A DNA stretch of 63,953 bases, filler included, from Rhabdomonas costata (Eukaryota): NCBI GenBank assembly GCA_019059605.1. It is 34 parts of 34 records of this genome, joined end to end, with 100 filler letters (N's around TTAATTAATTAA, not from the genome) between each part and the next. Parts side by side here need not be neighbours in the genome. Positions count along the whole stretch, not along the records: positions 49,001 to 50,782 come from JAHMHO010009138.1; positions 50,883 to 52,664 come from JAHMHO010009139.1; positions 52,765 to 54,546 come from JAHMHO010009140.1; positions 54,647 to 56,428 come from JAHMHO010009141.1; positions 56,529 to 58,307 come from JAHMHO010009142.1; positions 58,408 to 60,189 come from JAHMHO010009143.1; positions 60,290 to 62,071 come from JAHMHO010009144.1; positions 62,172 to 63,953 come from JAHMHO010009145.1; 26 more parts are not named here. One strand, given 5' to 3'. A model generated the notes under the pieces. The model did not search any database. It saw nothing but the letters and a program-made list of their open reading frames with translations, and had not been told where the DNA came from. Of this stretch, positions 50,108-63,953 are shown piece by piece (position 1 is the stretch's first letter; each line of letters begins with the position of its first letter). The translations under genes were made by a program, and so were the position numbers.

Positions 50108-50886
50108 CTGAGAGAAAGCAGCTACGAAGGCGAGAGGATGAATGTGGCGGTACCTTACACCGATCTCGGAGCTTTTACATACTGTTTTTAAGATGTCATC
50201 AGTGCTCAGGGGCGGAATGGGAAATGACACATGTGATGTGTTGACCTTTCCAAAAAGCTGACGCAAAAAGCTAATGCAAAAGGTACTTAAAACAAAAACC
50301 CGAAACCAGCGGCGCCCGTTGGGCATTGGGCACTGCAATGAGAACCGAAGTGGAGAAACAACGGGCCAATCAAAGAAGAAAGCAAAGGCAGCAACTTTTT
50401 CAACTGGACACTTGGTATCGTGTTGGAGTGTACTGAACGCGTAACTTTGGCTGCTCAAACGGAGCGAAAGTGTAATGTCTGCCGATACAGCAAAAAAAAA
50501 CTCAACACGTTTGACAATCTCACTTTCATCATTAGAAAGGATTCTCTCCTTCTCTCGTTGTAACGGCGAAAAGCACACCGCAACAGGAGCGTCGGTAAAG
50601 GTGTAAAACGGAAAAAGAAAGCTAAACCACCACACCCGAGCACAAAAAGGTACTTTTGCCGTTGACCCAGACCGTCCTCAGAACACCAAAGCACAAATAG
50701 AAAATTCTCAACAAGGCTACAGTTTCGATCCGCAGAGCCCCGGAACGCTAAGCGCCGTTAAACCTTCAACCACCCCCCCACCNNNNNNNNNNNNNNNNNN
50801 NNNNNNNNNNNNNNNNNNNNNNNNNNTTAATTAATTAANNNNNNNNNNNNNNNNNNNNNNNNNNNNNNNNNNNNNNNNNNNNGGTT

Positions 50887-52366
50887 GGGTGGTCCAGGTG
50901 AGTGCAGGCCGGGGAGGGCGAGGCGTCGATGTGGGGTTGGGGCCACCAGCCGGGCTGCAGGACCAGAGGCGGCGGGGTGCCCTCAAAGGCCTCTGCATCG
51001 AGGGCGGGAAGCGAGTGAAGACCAAGGCAGGCAAAAGGACAGGTCCACCAAAGCTCCTCCACTTCCATTATTCAGAACATATTCACCACGGATACTCACA
51101 GTCAGCATATCGACATGCTCGAAGATGTTCAGATTCTGCAGCGATTTTAAGATTTCATCATAATCACGCTCGATGGTGCAATGGAGATTGGGGGGGAGGT
51201 AGCAATTTTCCTATGGGAGCATATGGCGCGCGTCATTCCACGGAACTTCAAAGGTGAGATGTGATGACACTCATAAGGTCGTTTTAATGTCCGAAAAAGC
51301 CTGAAAACCCCTGAAACACCACATCAGTAGCGTGGCATGAGGCATGAGAGAAAACCATGCCACTATGTAGCTTTTTCAGCGTGCCCTTTGCGAAGATACC
51401 TATTCCCACCAAGCGAGCTGTTTAAACGCATAAAAAATGCAACATTTCAACAGAACTGACTTTTTCTCAGTAAATATCGCTTGTATGGTAAAAACGTCTC
51501 CTTTGGATTCCATTTTACCTTTAAGGTGGTGGGGACATTATTTCAAAAAAAAGTCGTTACAGGCCTCTCAGGTCACGTAAAACGTACACGTCCCCGTTTC
51601 AGCCGCCAGCGCGGAGTGGCCTTCGCCCGTACACTATTGCTGTCCTACTCGTCCGGACATGCCCCGGCCATTGGAGTCCTTAGCCAGCAGCAGTTTTCAG
51701 CTGCTAACAAAAAACAATCATATTGAGGGGCACTGGCAAAATTTTCTGAACCCCTTCCACAAACATAAACTCATTTCGAGAGTGCAGGCATTCTTTACCT
51801 GGCCGTCATTGAGTTAATTTAGAAACAGCCTTTTGCCAGATTTCTGTTACAACTGAAAACGCTCCGCGCTCCCTTCCACGGGAAATGTGAAGCGCTTGTC
51901 CCAGGCTGGGTGGGTGAAGTACGGGATGCACGAGGTGCTCTGTCTCCCAACTTCCATTGCGCCCGTTCGATATTCGGCAGCCCGTGTAATTGAGGTTGGA
52001 GGGAATAGCGGGACGCAGGAACAAAAACACCCCACTGATCACTGACAAGAGGTGGCAGACAAACGGCGAAGACTGGGGACCGTATATACCTCATATCGCG
52101 TACCGCATACCGCATATCCACCCCGGCAAACCCACAAACCGGCTGAAAAAACGAGAGAAGTAGGTAGCATTAGGCGTCATTTGAGGGGAACGGGGGAGGC
52201 GGTGAATCTAAATAAAACAAAAGACCATTACAGAGAGCACGTTCATGTTCACGGCGTACCACTCACGACATGTCCTCTCCACTGGGCTGGGCTGCGTAGC
52301 CCAAGGGCCCACATTATAGTGGGGGTGGTGTCCAGCGAGGAGACCGAGCTCTGGCGCAGCTCGTTC
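50887..52366 (-). CDS. Alkaline-phosphatase/sulfatase superfamily protein, end of catalytic domain (2 exons)
   Basis: Exon 52366-52260 (SVSSLDTTPTIMWALGLRSPAQWRGHVVS-G) joins in phase to the exon starting at 50992 (AG-AFEGTPPP...), giving D..PT....LG...P..W.G....EAF. Confidence 0.75.
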
Positions 52367-52764
52367 CTACGGAACGGAAAGTATATTTCAACGGAGTAAG
52401 GACGTCGCACGAATCAAAACGACCACACGGAACTGGATTTGGGCGGTTTTTGGTTGCAACAAGCCGTGCAAACGCCGGAGTACCATGAACCCTCTAAGCC
52501 CACCGCACCAAAGTATCACACCGTATCACAAGAACCTGCCGTGAACTCATTCGACCCCGGCGACGAAAACCGTAGTATTTTCCCAGCAAAAACAACAATA
52601 TTCACAGAACACAGATACAAAAAAAGGCCACCAAGCACAGCTTAGAAAAGTCTGAAACCAACCCNNNNNNNNNNNNNNNNNNNNNNNNNNNNNNNNNNNN
52701 NNNNNNNNTTAATTAATTAANNNNNNNNNNNNNNNNNNNNNNNNNNNNNNNNNNNNNNNNNNNN

Positions 52765-53004
52765 GGTCATCTCATCGGCTTCCTTCTTGCCTTCCCATTG
52801 GCATTTTGGCAGTGGTCATTTTCGCCTTGGCCTCCCATTGGCATTGGCCTCCTTTTTGCCATTGGGCTTCCACATTGCCTTTACTCAATAGTGTGTTGGG
52901 CTTTGTGTGTGGGCCATCTCTCTCGAATGCAAAGGTCCAAAGCGGGCGATTTTTTTGGCTTCCTCATCTCACTCAGCATGTGCGCGGCTGCCCTGGTTGC
53001 TTCC
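52765..53004 (+). CDS. Membrane-protein exon, possibly MFS transporter
   Basis: GHLIGFLLAFPLAFWQW...IGIGLLFAIGLPHCLYSIVCWALC...KAGDFFGFLISLSMCAAAL contains consecutive hydrophobic helices. Confidence 0.4.
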
Positions 53005-54075
53005 GTTAAGTAGGGTTTTTCTCTTTGCTCAGTGTGATGCAGCGCTGGGGCTGGTACTGCCCACTCTGCTGATTCCCTTGGCGAGCCCCGACGAGGTATT
53101 GCGCAAAGAACCGCACTTATACCCGCAGCAAGGGGGTTGGTTTGGTAGGGAAGATTCCCATGTGCTCGTTGTGCGTGCAATTCTGTCCAGTGCTGGGGCG
53201 ACTGAGTTTGTCACTGTCCAACCAGAGTTTGCTTAGGTATGCAGAAGACATCCGCCCACAGAGTCAGTAGCAGCAGCAGAAGACGACGACGAAGAAGACA
53301 AAGAAGAAATAGAAGGAAAAGAACCACAGCGAAAAGCAAAAGAAGAACGAAAACGCAAAGAAGAAGAAAGAGAACACGTGGTCATTATCCCCGGCCCCCA
53401 GAGCATTGGCCAGGGAATCAGGTGTTGGAACAAGAGCCCTGCTTGAGGAGAAGCCTCCAAACGAATCCCTGTTTTACAATCAGTGAGGTTTAAATTTTGG
53501 TTGGGAGATACAAGCTCAAGCGAAGCAGCTGTTCAGAAATGGGTGAACTGGCATGAAGGTGTGGTGATGGATATGCAATGCAAAAGTTCTGCAAATGGGG
53601 TCTGTTAGCCTTTGAAGGAGGGTCGGAGAGGCCCCTATTAGTGGGGTGGCTGAGAGCACGAGCAAGCAAGAGCCTGGCCAGGATGTGCTGATATTGCCTG
53701 CCATCAAAGTCTAAACTCACGATACTGTGGCACAGGCACAGGTTGCAACGGCTGGAGTTCGGCAGAAAACAGACAATTTACAAAAAGCAACGCGAGATCT
53801 GGGTGGAGTCCAAAAATGAGAAACGGCTGAGTGGTCGGGGATGTGCTGAAGTGGGAAAGTGAAGAGAGCATTTCGAAACGATTATTAAGTAATAACTGTC
53901 GATGAAGGAAGGAGAATTGGATAAATGGGAAGAAATGAGAAGAGAAAGAGAGAAGGAAACGAAACATTTGCACAGCGCCGGAGGACAGCGAAGTCACACA
54001 AATGGCAGGAAATGGTCGGCATGAAAGTCAATCCCCCTGTTTGATCAGGGTTACCCCCCCCCCCCGCGCTAACAG

Positions 54076-54211
54076 GTGATCCGCCGCGAGGCGCTGGACC
54101 TATGCACAGAGCTGTCTGCGGCATGGGCGCAGACGCCCTCGCAGCAGCCCCGGAACGCTCTCCTTCACTTCTACGGGTGCCCCGAGAGGCTTCTTCCTGA
54201 AGCGCACCCTG
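54076..54211 (+). CDS. Isolated exon, unknown protein
   Basis: gctaacag acceptor, VIRREALDLCTELSAAWAQTPSQQPRNALLHFYGCPERLLPEAHP, donor GTGCGT. Confidence 0.45.
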
Positions 54212-54925
54212 GTGCGTGGCGCGGGCGTCTGCCTGTGCATGGATTTCATTCACCGCTGCCCATTTTCTTTGGGGAGGGGGGCTATGGGTTGCATTTTTTC
54301 TGCACGGCATTTACTGGTGGTTGGGTATGTGGGGGCCTGTACTAAGGCATCCCATTGAGGTGGACAAGTCGAAGTATTCCAGCAATACATTATTGTTATT
54401 ATTTATATATATTGGAGATGCACTGAGCACTGCATTTCATTTGTTTTTTTCATCATGGTCAGCTAGCCGGGAGACGACAATCTCGATAACCTCGCGATTG
54501 GGTAGCGACGTGAGATTTTTTTTTGCAGTGTATACGACACAACCCANNNNNNNNNNNNNNNNNNNNNNNNNNNNNNNNNNNNNNNNNNNNTTAATTAATT
54601 AANNNNNNNNNNNNNNNNNNNNNNNNNNNNNNNNNNNNNNNNNNNNGTGTGGGCAGTAGATCTACGAGGTAGGTGGAGCTGGATTGTATCATATATATTG
54701 ACGGTCAGTGGCATTGGTGAAATGGTGAAATTCCTCCCTTCGCGCTTTCTTTGTCGGCTTTTTTATGAGAATTTTTACTATGCACTTCGTCAGTGTCCAC
54801 AATTAATGTTCTCATTGTGGCGATGAGACCGCTTCGACGTGAAGCTGGCTATTCTTTTCTCCTCCGATCTTTCTTTCACTGCGCGCTGCGGGGGGGGGGA
54901 TTCTTCTCCGACTTGTCGTTCACAG

Positions 54926-56235
54926 GTCCAATTTTCACTTCCTGACCCTGAATCACACCCTCAATTCCGCGCATTGGCCACTTTTTTGGACAATGTGGTG
55001 GATGTCATGAGCATCACCTGCTCTGGTTCTCAACCAGGGCACTCTCACGAATGTGTGCAGCGGTGCCGCCTGGCAGCTCGTGCACTGGCGGAAACCTGTG
55101 GTCCGTCAGCAGTGAATGAAATGGGTGAAAACGGGCGATTACGCCCGCTTCTTTCCGATCAGATGCATGCTTTGAAGGAGGTGGAATGGCCACAAGGCCG
55201 AGTCGGTAATTCTACGGGGCCGTTCAGTCGTTGCTATGCCGAGCGAGAGCAGCTTCAAGCCGAGGCATTCGAAAAAGCGCAGAAACTGGCGGCATCTGAG
55301 CAAATGGAGGTTCTGGAGTTGCTTTGTGAACAGTGGAAGCGGACGTTTCAGCTTGGACTGTTGTTGTCCCGCGCGCCAAAGGGAGTAGATTCCATTCTCA
55401 ACTGCCCACCCTCTGAGCTCATTGACACAACGCCGAAGGAAGCGCTCCCATATGACTGTAGCACCTCGATGTCCAGCCAGTACGACGGAGAGGAGGAACC
55501 CACGAGCATGGACGACACCATCGAGAATGACCGTTCTTTTCGAAACAAAGGTGCCTTCATATTGTTTGAACGTTGGGAGTCCGTGAAATTTTTCTCCTGG
55601 GTTTTCCAACTGGAACCAGATGGCGTGGGATTATTTCAGATAGCCCCCACCCCTAATTATAGTGGCTCTCCGCGGCCCAAAAATCCTGAACTTAAGAACG
55701 TAATTTTTGTATGGCTTTCGTAATGTCTCAACACTTGGATCCAGACATATTTACACCGACACCCATTTTTTCGCTTTGTATTGGGTTGTTTTTGATTGAT
55801 TTGCTGCAAAGGCTGAAAAAAAAAGAAGCGTCTGTGCTTGTCTGCCACTTCCAGTGGTTCGACGGCGTCTCGAGGACCCCTCCCCTCCCACGTGCGACAA
55901 GGCGGGGTTGAATTCCCAGCTGCCCAACCTCAAGGAAGAGGTCAGGCAGTACGTCCGCCATGCCGTGGAGCAGCATTTGCGTGGTCGCTGCACCGCCTAC
56001 CCCCCCGTTCCCTTTCTGCTCTCATCCCCATCCAGCCCGGCGTCCTGCGGCCCCCCGGAGAGCTTTATTGTGCCCAAGCCTCCCGTTCCCGTTCTTCCGC
56101 GCGGTTCTGGCGACGAAGCCATCCGCAATACACGGTGCATGGGAATATTGCCGACCAATACAGACCCCCGGGGCACAGCGGCTGATCTGTATCGGTGCTC
56201 CCAAAGCAGCATGATGTCTTTCTCTCGAGCTTCAG
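54926..56235 (+). CDS. Unknown protein, two long exons
   Basis: Exons 54926-55550 and 55855-56235 are open and joined by a phase-1 GT-AG intron; the second ends at GTGAGC. I recognise no motif. Confidence 0.6.
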
Positions 56236-57872
56236 GTGAGCTTGCGGATTATCATCGTGTTCTACATTCGTTTGATGGTAGCCTAACACTTCACCAGATC
56301 TGTTGCCTTGTCAGTGATGGGCTGATCGTGTGAGTCTTGTTTTCAGCGACAGAGTGCACGTTCAACCAAATCGGACTTTCTTCACACGCATCTTTACCCC
56401 CACCAACCACCCAACCACACCCACCACANNNNNNNNNNNNNNNNNNNNNNNNNNNNNNNNNNNNNNNNNNNNTTAATTAATTAANNNNNNNNNNNNNNNN
56501 NNNNNNNNNNNNNNNNNNNNNNNNNNNNGTTGTTGGTGTTCCCGTCTAAAACAAAAAGACCACACTGTGAGGAACCGTGAGTCGAACCAAAACGTACCGC
56601 AGGGGTTCGATCGTTTACCTTGGTGGCGGGGACAGTCCGAGGATACACACTTGAAGGTTCGCTTTGCTGATACCTAACACTCACGGCATGATGGGGCATG
56701 GCATGGGACGGCGTCTTTTGCACTGGAATAAACCGAGTGTGCACGGAAGGAGGATAGCCGAGGAAACGGCACAGTATATCACACACCTGAAAACTCTCGG
56801 CAGATTTCCCGCCTCCTTTTTTCCCAACCTTTCATTTTCCCTTTCCCCCTTTCTGTTTCAAAGTCAAAGACGAAATCCGACTAGTGGACACATATCTTGC
56901 CTGCAACAGGGACAAGCGCCACCACTTTTCAGGAGAGCAAAATATTCATTTCTTCCCGGAACCGAGCACCCAAAAAGCCGACGTGAAGAAACGAAGGAGA
57001 GGGAGAGGGGACTGGGTTGCAGCACCCCCTTGGGGTTCTGGCGTTGCGCAGGGGTGAAGGTCCAGAGGGGACTGTCTGGAGCCTCTGCCGGGGTGGCTGT
57101 GGCGGCAGCGGCGGAGGGGGACCCCACGCCCTCGGACACCAGCGGGGAGCCATGCGAGGGCAGCAGCCCCTCCATCCTCTGAAAGTGATGGAAAAAACCC
57201 TTTAGGACGCCCCATAGACGGGTTTCAGCTTGGGTTGTCTCGAGCCCATCTCAACCCTGTGTGGACCTCGCGTGTGGAGGTTGCTGGGAGCCACACAAGG
57301 AGTGTTTCCTCATTATACAACAGAACCATGGTCCAACAAATATCCAGCGGGTCTCTGGCGAGTGCACGCGCGCCTCTCTCTCTGCAAAGGATGTGTAAAT
57401 GCAGAAGAGTGTTGGCCTTGACCTTATGCTGGCTATCAGATGGCCTCCGTTTTATTTTTGCATATGCCCTTCTGGAGACCAATGCGAAGCTTTCTCGGGT
57501 GCAAGAGAATACACTGGTAACTTCACTGGGCGTGCGCGATTCTTCTTCTTCTTCTTCTTTCGTGGGGGTCATGCTCACCTTAAACGTTGAATCTCTTCTA
57601 GATTTACGAAGAAATTTTATATCGGGGGTTGGGTCTCGCTAGATCCGCATCCTTGATGATCAACGTTCGAGTGAGGATTGTAGAAATGAGTGTAGCGCGG
57701 TAGGTCTGGCTCCCGCTTGAGCCGGATCCTTCATGATGATGCTCTCTCAGTTGAGGTGGAGAGAGGCTTCCCTCTTTCGGCAGTGCAGGTTGAAGCCTCT
57801 GATGGTCCACCAGGGAGCTGGGAAAATCGCGCAGCTACTCTGATGATCTCTCTCTTTCTGTCCTCGACTCAC

Positions 57873-58109
57873 CTGAGATTTGGGGGATGTCCCCCGGCGG
57901 GTACCCTCCAGGCCCCGTCCGCCCTTGGCCGAGGCTGTGGTAGAGGCGATGGGGGAGGCCGTGGTAGCGGAGGAGCGAAGGCCGCGTATGGTCACCAGGA
58001 GGGAGTCCCTCTCCGTCTTCAGCCGGGTCACTTCGGACAAGGCTCGGCTGAGCTCCTGCGAGGCACCCCCTCCAGCCTCCTTCGCGTTCTTGGTGTGCAA
58101 CACCTGGAC
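57873..58109 (-). CDS. Coiled-coil/low-complexity exon, unknown protein
   Basis: 79 codons between CAG and GTGAGT, including ELSRALSEVTRLKTERDSLLVTIRGL. Confidence 0.55.
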
Positions 58110-60882
58110 CTGCATACATCAGAAAGGAGATAGTGCGAATGCGTTTTGTTGTGTATGTGTGTATGCGAGAAGAAAACAGTTCAAAACGCTCAGAACGCTG
58201 ACACCATTCAGAGCAGCATAGTACAGCGAAAGGTGCCCCCACGATAGTAGGGATGAACTCAAGGGTGTGGAAGAAGCCCCACAAACGTTAGCTCCTCACA
58301 ACACAAANNNNNNNNNNNNNNNNNNNNNNNNNNNNNNNNNNNNNNNNNNNNTTAATTAATTAANNNNNNNNNNNNNNNNNNNNNNNNNNNNNNNNNNNNN
58401 NNNNNNNACTGCGAGTTGGCTAAAGCAGACGTGGTCCAGAGCAGTGGTGACAAGGTGTAGGGAGCGTGATAAAATGAAAATGAAAATGAAAGGCGCTGTG
58501 CACTAAATTGTGCAGTAAAGGGTAAGCTACCCCGCAGAAAAGGTGAGAGAAGACATGCCGAAGGAGTGTCACAGCAGAAACTGGCAGCAAAGGAAATATG
58601 GTCTGTGCAGTGCCCTTCTTCACGTTCCCCAACCCCATAATAAAAGCAGGCCTCGAGTTTAGGCTCTGATTTTCTGATTTTTCTGTGCTGTTATTGAAAT
58701 CGGCCTTTTGAAAAAACTGCAAGTAAAAAAAAGTTGGAGGACACTTGCCTGAGAAAGGGAGCAGGGCTCCACGGGCTTCGTGCATCCACAGCCCATCCCA
58801 GAGACTCAATAAAGGAAAGGGGTATGAACACTGAAAAGCAATGGGACAAGACCAAGAACAAGGGCACCAAAGAAAGCAAAAGAACTCACGACCCAATGAT
58901 TGAATGAATACAGAATGTCATAGGTGACTAGGTTGGAATGAAACGTTTGGGCCAGATAAAGGGTTACCTATCTGCATAGCTGCATAGGTCTTGTGCGCAC
59001 GCCCGGGACAGAACCAGCTGTTCATCACACATAGTACTGCTGCTGTAACGTGCCCTGATGTGCCAAAGGACGTCCTGCTCTCTTGTTGCTGCGCGTGACT
59101 GGCAACTTGGGTTTGGGAGGAATGGACCGTGAATAGCGTAAAAAGGCCTGGTTTGAGCTAACCAAAGCAACCTCAACGCAATCAACATTTTAATTGCGAT
59201 TCTATGTACGTCACGCTTTCTGACTTCGGTTTTGTCAGCCCCTGCTGTCATTGCCTTGTTCTCTCTTGGCCACCATACGCAAAATATACTCTTCTTTGTG
59301 CGCCAGTAAAAATGCTGTGTGGCCTTTCTGTTCCTTTGGCCCAAACCTGCAGCTCTTCAGGACACCCCCTGTGAACTCCTTACTTTTACGGGCTGTGCTT
59401 CCTCGGTGGGTTCGAATGGAAAATCATTAAAATAAGGAGAGGACGGTTCACGATTCACTTCATAGACAGGGCAGGTTTTGGTGTGGCGTGATGCAAAGGG
59501 GGTGGTTTTGGAGGTGACATAGGCAGGGCTTTCGATTCGGCTGTTGTCTCACACTTCTTGATGTGGAGTGAATCCAAAAACGGGACAAATCGTTGCCTCT
59601 TCGTTGTCAAAACATCTCATGTTTGGTTACTATCCCGGTGTCTCGATAGATCATGGGGGCACGAAAACGACAGCACACGAGTCTGCAATGCACATCATGG
59701 CATTCCTCGAACGAAGCTGCGTGTGTGTGTGTAGCACGGCATGGCACGGCAAAGAATCGAGGTGCAACCTACAACCTCCCATCCGAAGTGAGCAGAACGC
59801 AGCACTCTGAACATACGCAGAAAACGAAAGAGCGTGAAAAGACGCTGGAACACCCAACGCACGGCGCATCACACATCAAACACTGCGTCACTGGAGCCAA
59901 CACTCTGTCGAAACGTTGCCTGCAGAGCTGACCCACGCAACCCGGGCAGGCTGTATAGCAGGAAGCAGTCGCCCTATTCCCCACAACTGGGGAAAACGAG
60001 ATATAGCAAGCCACGCGACCAAACCATCGGGCACACAGCGCACCAAAACGGGGCACGAGACACGAGAAAAGTGGCATGTATGATTACCCTTTCCCGCTGC
60101 TAACTACAACTCATTAACTGCAAACTCCGAAAAAAAACTCCTTGCACGTCCGACACACACCCCCCCACACACAACACAACACACACCACNNNNNNNNNNN
60201 NNNNNNNNNNNNNNNNNNNNNNNNNNNNNNNNNTTAATTAATTAANNNNNNNNNNNNNNNNNNNNNNNNNNNNNNNNNNNNNNNNNNNNTTTTTGTGGTT
60301 TTAAGACGCGACACTTCCAAAAGGATCATGACAGTGAAAGTGGCGGAAAATTTGCACCGGGCCTTGTGTGCCAGCCATCCTAGGGCTTTCCAAAGTATTG
60401 TTTGCATCAAATGAGTTTTTTGCTACCCATCTGTAAATAGATCAGGGGTGAATTCGAAGAAAGCCCGGGGAAGCAATGTCATTTTTATATAATTAGAGCT
60501 CCCGAAACACTGCGTCAAATGAGTTCGACAAACCATCATCAACTGTTACGGTCCCCATAAGAGCGAACCGCAAGACAATTTGGGAACGGAGAAACGAAGC
60601 TAATACTTGAGCAGAATGACCTTCGCCCACAAGCTATCTATTGCAACAAGGCGCATTGACGCCGAACTTTCCACCGCGTTGACACAGAACAATTGCCATT
60701 CAGTTACCGCTGCATATCAGTCGGCAGCTGCGGAAGCAAGGCTAGTAGGGACGACCCTTCGCTTTTGTAAAATCCTCTGCTCCTCTGCTCCATCTTGCAT
60801 GCAACTGCAGGGCAGTGACGTGCTCCCAGTGGAATGTTCGAAAGGCTCAATTACGTGAGTATGCAGGCATAAAACGGCAAAC

Positions 60883-60924
60883 CTTCTGCAGCACCAGGTT
60901 TTTGGTGAGCTTGCCAGCCTCCAT
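60883..60924 (-). CDS. Possible first exon of a CFAP410/C21orf2-like LRR protein
   Basis: MEAGKLTKNLVLQK followed by GT, with a strong T-tract and CAG upstream at 61027. Only 14 codons, so the family call is weak. Confidence 0.3.
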
Positions 60925-63900
60925 TGGGGCGGCAAGGGAGAAGAAGCAAAAGGAAGGTGAAGGAAGACAAAAAGGTGACACTACGAAAGGCTGGCGAGAG
61001 AACTTTTGATATCTGGCGAGATGGTACTGCGCAAAAAAAGGAAAAAAAAAGTAACGCAAGGTCGGCTCTTACTCCGCAAAGGGAAACTCTGGAACTGCAT
61101 CCCCCTTCACGGTGACACCACCAAGCAAAGGGTCTGCTCATATGTGATCGCGCAAGGTGCAGCCTTGAGTCGGGGCAGGAGGGGAACCTGCGGGCGAAGT
61201 TCTGCTAACTAATTTCACGATTTTTCGCACAACAATGATCGGACCACATACCGTCGTCACGGTCGTGGCTGGCCAATATGCATCGCGCTCGTCCCAGTCA
61301 ACGTCCCCCGTCAATGTAAACCGTAACTTTATCCACCCGCTCGGCGTCGCTCACCACAGCACAGCAGGAACCATTTTATTTATATTTTACTTTGTTGAAT
61401 ATACCTGTTAAAGACATCTCAAAAGGTCCACATAAACATTCTCTTTTGGGCCGTTTGACTGGTATTGTTCGCAACAACGCCAGTCAAACAGTGATACGGT
61501 GAACACCATGCCGATAAGCTTTGACACTCCCCGCCCAGACCGCTAGGGTGGAACCGGAGCGGGGCATCGGTGCTGCGCTGAAGAATACCTGGACGCCGCT
61601 CATGTTTCTTTGTCATCGAGGATGGACATGCAAACTAACACCTTGACAGAACACGCTCCCATTCAAGCCGCCATGGGATGGTGGCACCAGGGTGAGCGGG
61701 GGACGGTATTCCCCGCTCATCCTGTGCCGAAATTTAAGGTTCACCAGAATGACGGAGCGGCGTTGGCAAGGGATAGCCAGGCTTTACGTACAGTGGAAAC
61801 GGAATACCGGAATAAAAAGCGAGGCATTAATTTGAGAATGCCCTCCTGTATACGAGCGGGTCCCTGCGTTTGTAATGTATGGATAAACTCAGGTGAGCGA
61901 AAAAAAAAACGAGAAGAATCAAGAGCAAATTTGCAACAGCACTGCTCTAGGGTACTGACAAAAGAACCACTCCCATTTTACCCAGTCAGCGCCTCCCCTC
62001 CTCCATGAAGCAAACCACCAGGACCAACCACCCGCAATGGGGGTTGCCACAGCATTCACTCCCCAAAACACNNNNNNNNNNNNNNNNNNNNNNNNNNNNN
62101 NNNNNNNNNNNNNNNTTAATTAATTAANNNNNNNNNNNNNNNNNNNNNNNNNNNNNNNNNNNNNNNNNNNNTGAGTTGGGAGTGTTTGGGTGGTTTTGTC
62201 CCCGCCCCCGCACCTGGATCACTGTGAGCGTCTTTATTTCTTTCTTGCCCTGTTGTGCTTTGCTGACCTTTGGTGCTCCCTCTCTTTCTCTGTCGTTTAT
62301 TGAGTGTCCGCTGCAAAGCCAAAGTTCCCCGCGATGGTCCTCCCACAAGTCTGCCTGCGAGGGATGGCGTTGGCGTACTGTGAACGAGGAGGTTTGGAGT
62401 GGACCCCACCTCAGGCATCGTCTTCCTCCTTCCCTTTCCATGGATCGTTCATGACCCACTGGATGACAGTTTTGCCGTATCCCACAAGCGGCCCGTGCAC
62501 AGGGTTCGCGTCCTGGTCATCCCGGAAAGCTGCGGAGAGCTTCGCCCATTACCTATCCCACGAGTGATGCGCTCTTTCTTCTCACCCGCCTCCCCCTCAA
62601 TCACCTCCTCTGCGACTTTCCTCCACTTCTCTTGTTCTGGTCAATCTCGTCCCTCTCCCCGCTTGTCTGGTCAGTAGGCTGTCCCAGCTTCTGACCTTCC
62701 CGAGCCAGACGGAATAGTTGGCTCTGCTGCCCTTTTGATGCCCCCTCCCCCATCATTCCTGCGAGTGAAAGTCACTCTTTGGCTAAAAAAAATATCAACA
62801 ACAATCATCGGTTGACACAGGTTTAAGGTGGGGGAGGGCACGGTCCACTTAGACCTTCAAAACCCAAGAACCTAAGGGTTCGGTGTTCGCACTGTTAAAA
62901 TGAGTTTCGCAATGTTAAGTGCTGGTCTCCGCGGCGGCCACGTGTGTTGAGCGGCACCTGGAACGTGCAAGCCGTCCTGGGATTTTTTAAAATGTGTGTG
63001 ACGGCTCTGCGGAGATGGTCTGCAATGGTTGCAATTGTTGTCGTGTGCAGTGATTTATTCGCAACTCAAGGCTGCTTTTGGTTGCTAGCAGTTCGGTTTC
63101 TGTGTGATGTGACTGTCGATGCTTTTTTATCACACTTAGAACGCGTTTGATATTGGAAATGGGTAATTTTACCCCGAGTGTTTCTTAGTCAAATATAAAA
63201 AAAAAACTCGCAAAGAAAAACGGAAGCGAACGTAAAAAGAAGCTTCGGATCTAGAGAAAAAACTCGCTGACCCTGCTTGCACACATTTTTGCTGGAAGCT
63301 TGGACAACCTCAGTTTTCCTAACCTACTTCCCTCATTAGCGCTCTTCTCCTCTCCTCTCATTTCTTCGCTGTGCCTTCTCTTCGTCCGCTTCTTTCTCGC
63401 CTCCACTCTCACGTTTTCTTTTCCTGTGCTGTGTGGTGTGCACATAGAGTCACAGGGGTTTTTGGTCTGTGCTCGTGCCGTTCGGACTCTTCACGCTTTT
63501 CCCGTGTTTCGCAAAAGAAACGAGGCAGCGTTCGATGGATTTTCGGCTCAAGAATTGCTTGCTCTTGTGCTTCAGTTTAATTCCTCTACCACCAACATTT
63601 GTATAATGCCCCCCCACCCCCCTTTTATACTGTTCCAGGCATCCCTGTGGGATGAGGCTTTTGTTTGGGCCTCTGGGCCTTTTTTAAACCTCAAGGGGGC
63701 TGCGCCCAAACCGGTTCCCTCCAAAACTCTTTTTCCATATGAAAATTCAGGCTTAGAACCTTTTTTATTGTTGTGTGTTTTTCATTGTCTGCTTTTTTTG
63801 CTTTGCATTTCTTCCAGTCCAGTCCAGAGGCACACCAACACCCAACACCGAAGGCCATCAAAAGAATAAACGTCCCAGGTGTCTCACAAGTTGCTGTTCG

Positions 63901-63953
63901 GTGCTTGGCTCCCCGCCCAGATCAGGCCAAACCGACACGATTCCTCCACCCCC

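Noticed and set aside
53233..53900. Purine-rich K/E/R-coding stretch
   Set aside because: Low complexity with stops in all plus-strand frames; no supportable product.

Overview
This window is not contiguous DNA. It is 34 unrelated, similar-length contigs (about 1.78 kb each) joined by 33 artificial 100-nt spacers (N44-TTAATTAATTAA-N44), so neighbours across a spacer mean nothing. The source is an intron-rich eukaryote, most likely a euglenozoan and probably a euglenid (inference). This rests on an I/6-autoantigen-like EF-hand protein, a receptor-type HAMP adenylate cyclase, two TUTase/PAP-like genes, Cys-rich EGF repeats and possible trans-splice acceptors. Most of the supplied ORFs are spurious or read through introns. 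By splicing exons by hand I recovered gene fragments for a DEAD-box helicase, inorganic pyrophosphatase, adenosine kinase, two hybrid histidine-kinase pieces, importin-11-like, THADA-like, WD40, alkaline-phosphatase-superfamily and GPI-anchored folate-receptor-like proteins. The observations most worth following up are: frequent GC-AG introns and acceptors with no pyrimidine tract; a bacterial (actinobacterial-looking) DEAD-box gene carrying spliceosomal introns; a dispersed (CA)n-tailed SINE-like repeat family (3 copies); a decayed DIRS/VIPER-type RT-RNase H element; and two internal multi-stem hairpins. Fold-back contig ends and A/C-rich tails look like sequencing artefacts. I found no rRNA, tRNA, CRISPR array or operon-like system, and I cannot support a claim of a wholly new system. 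All family assignments come from motif recognition, not database searches.
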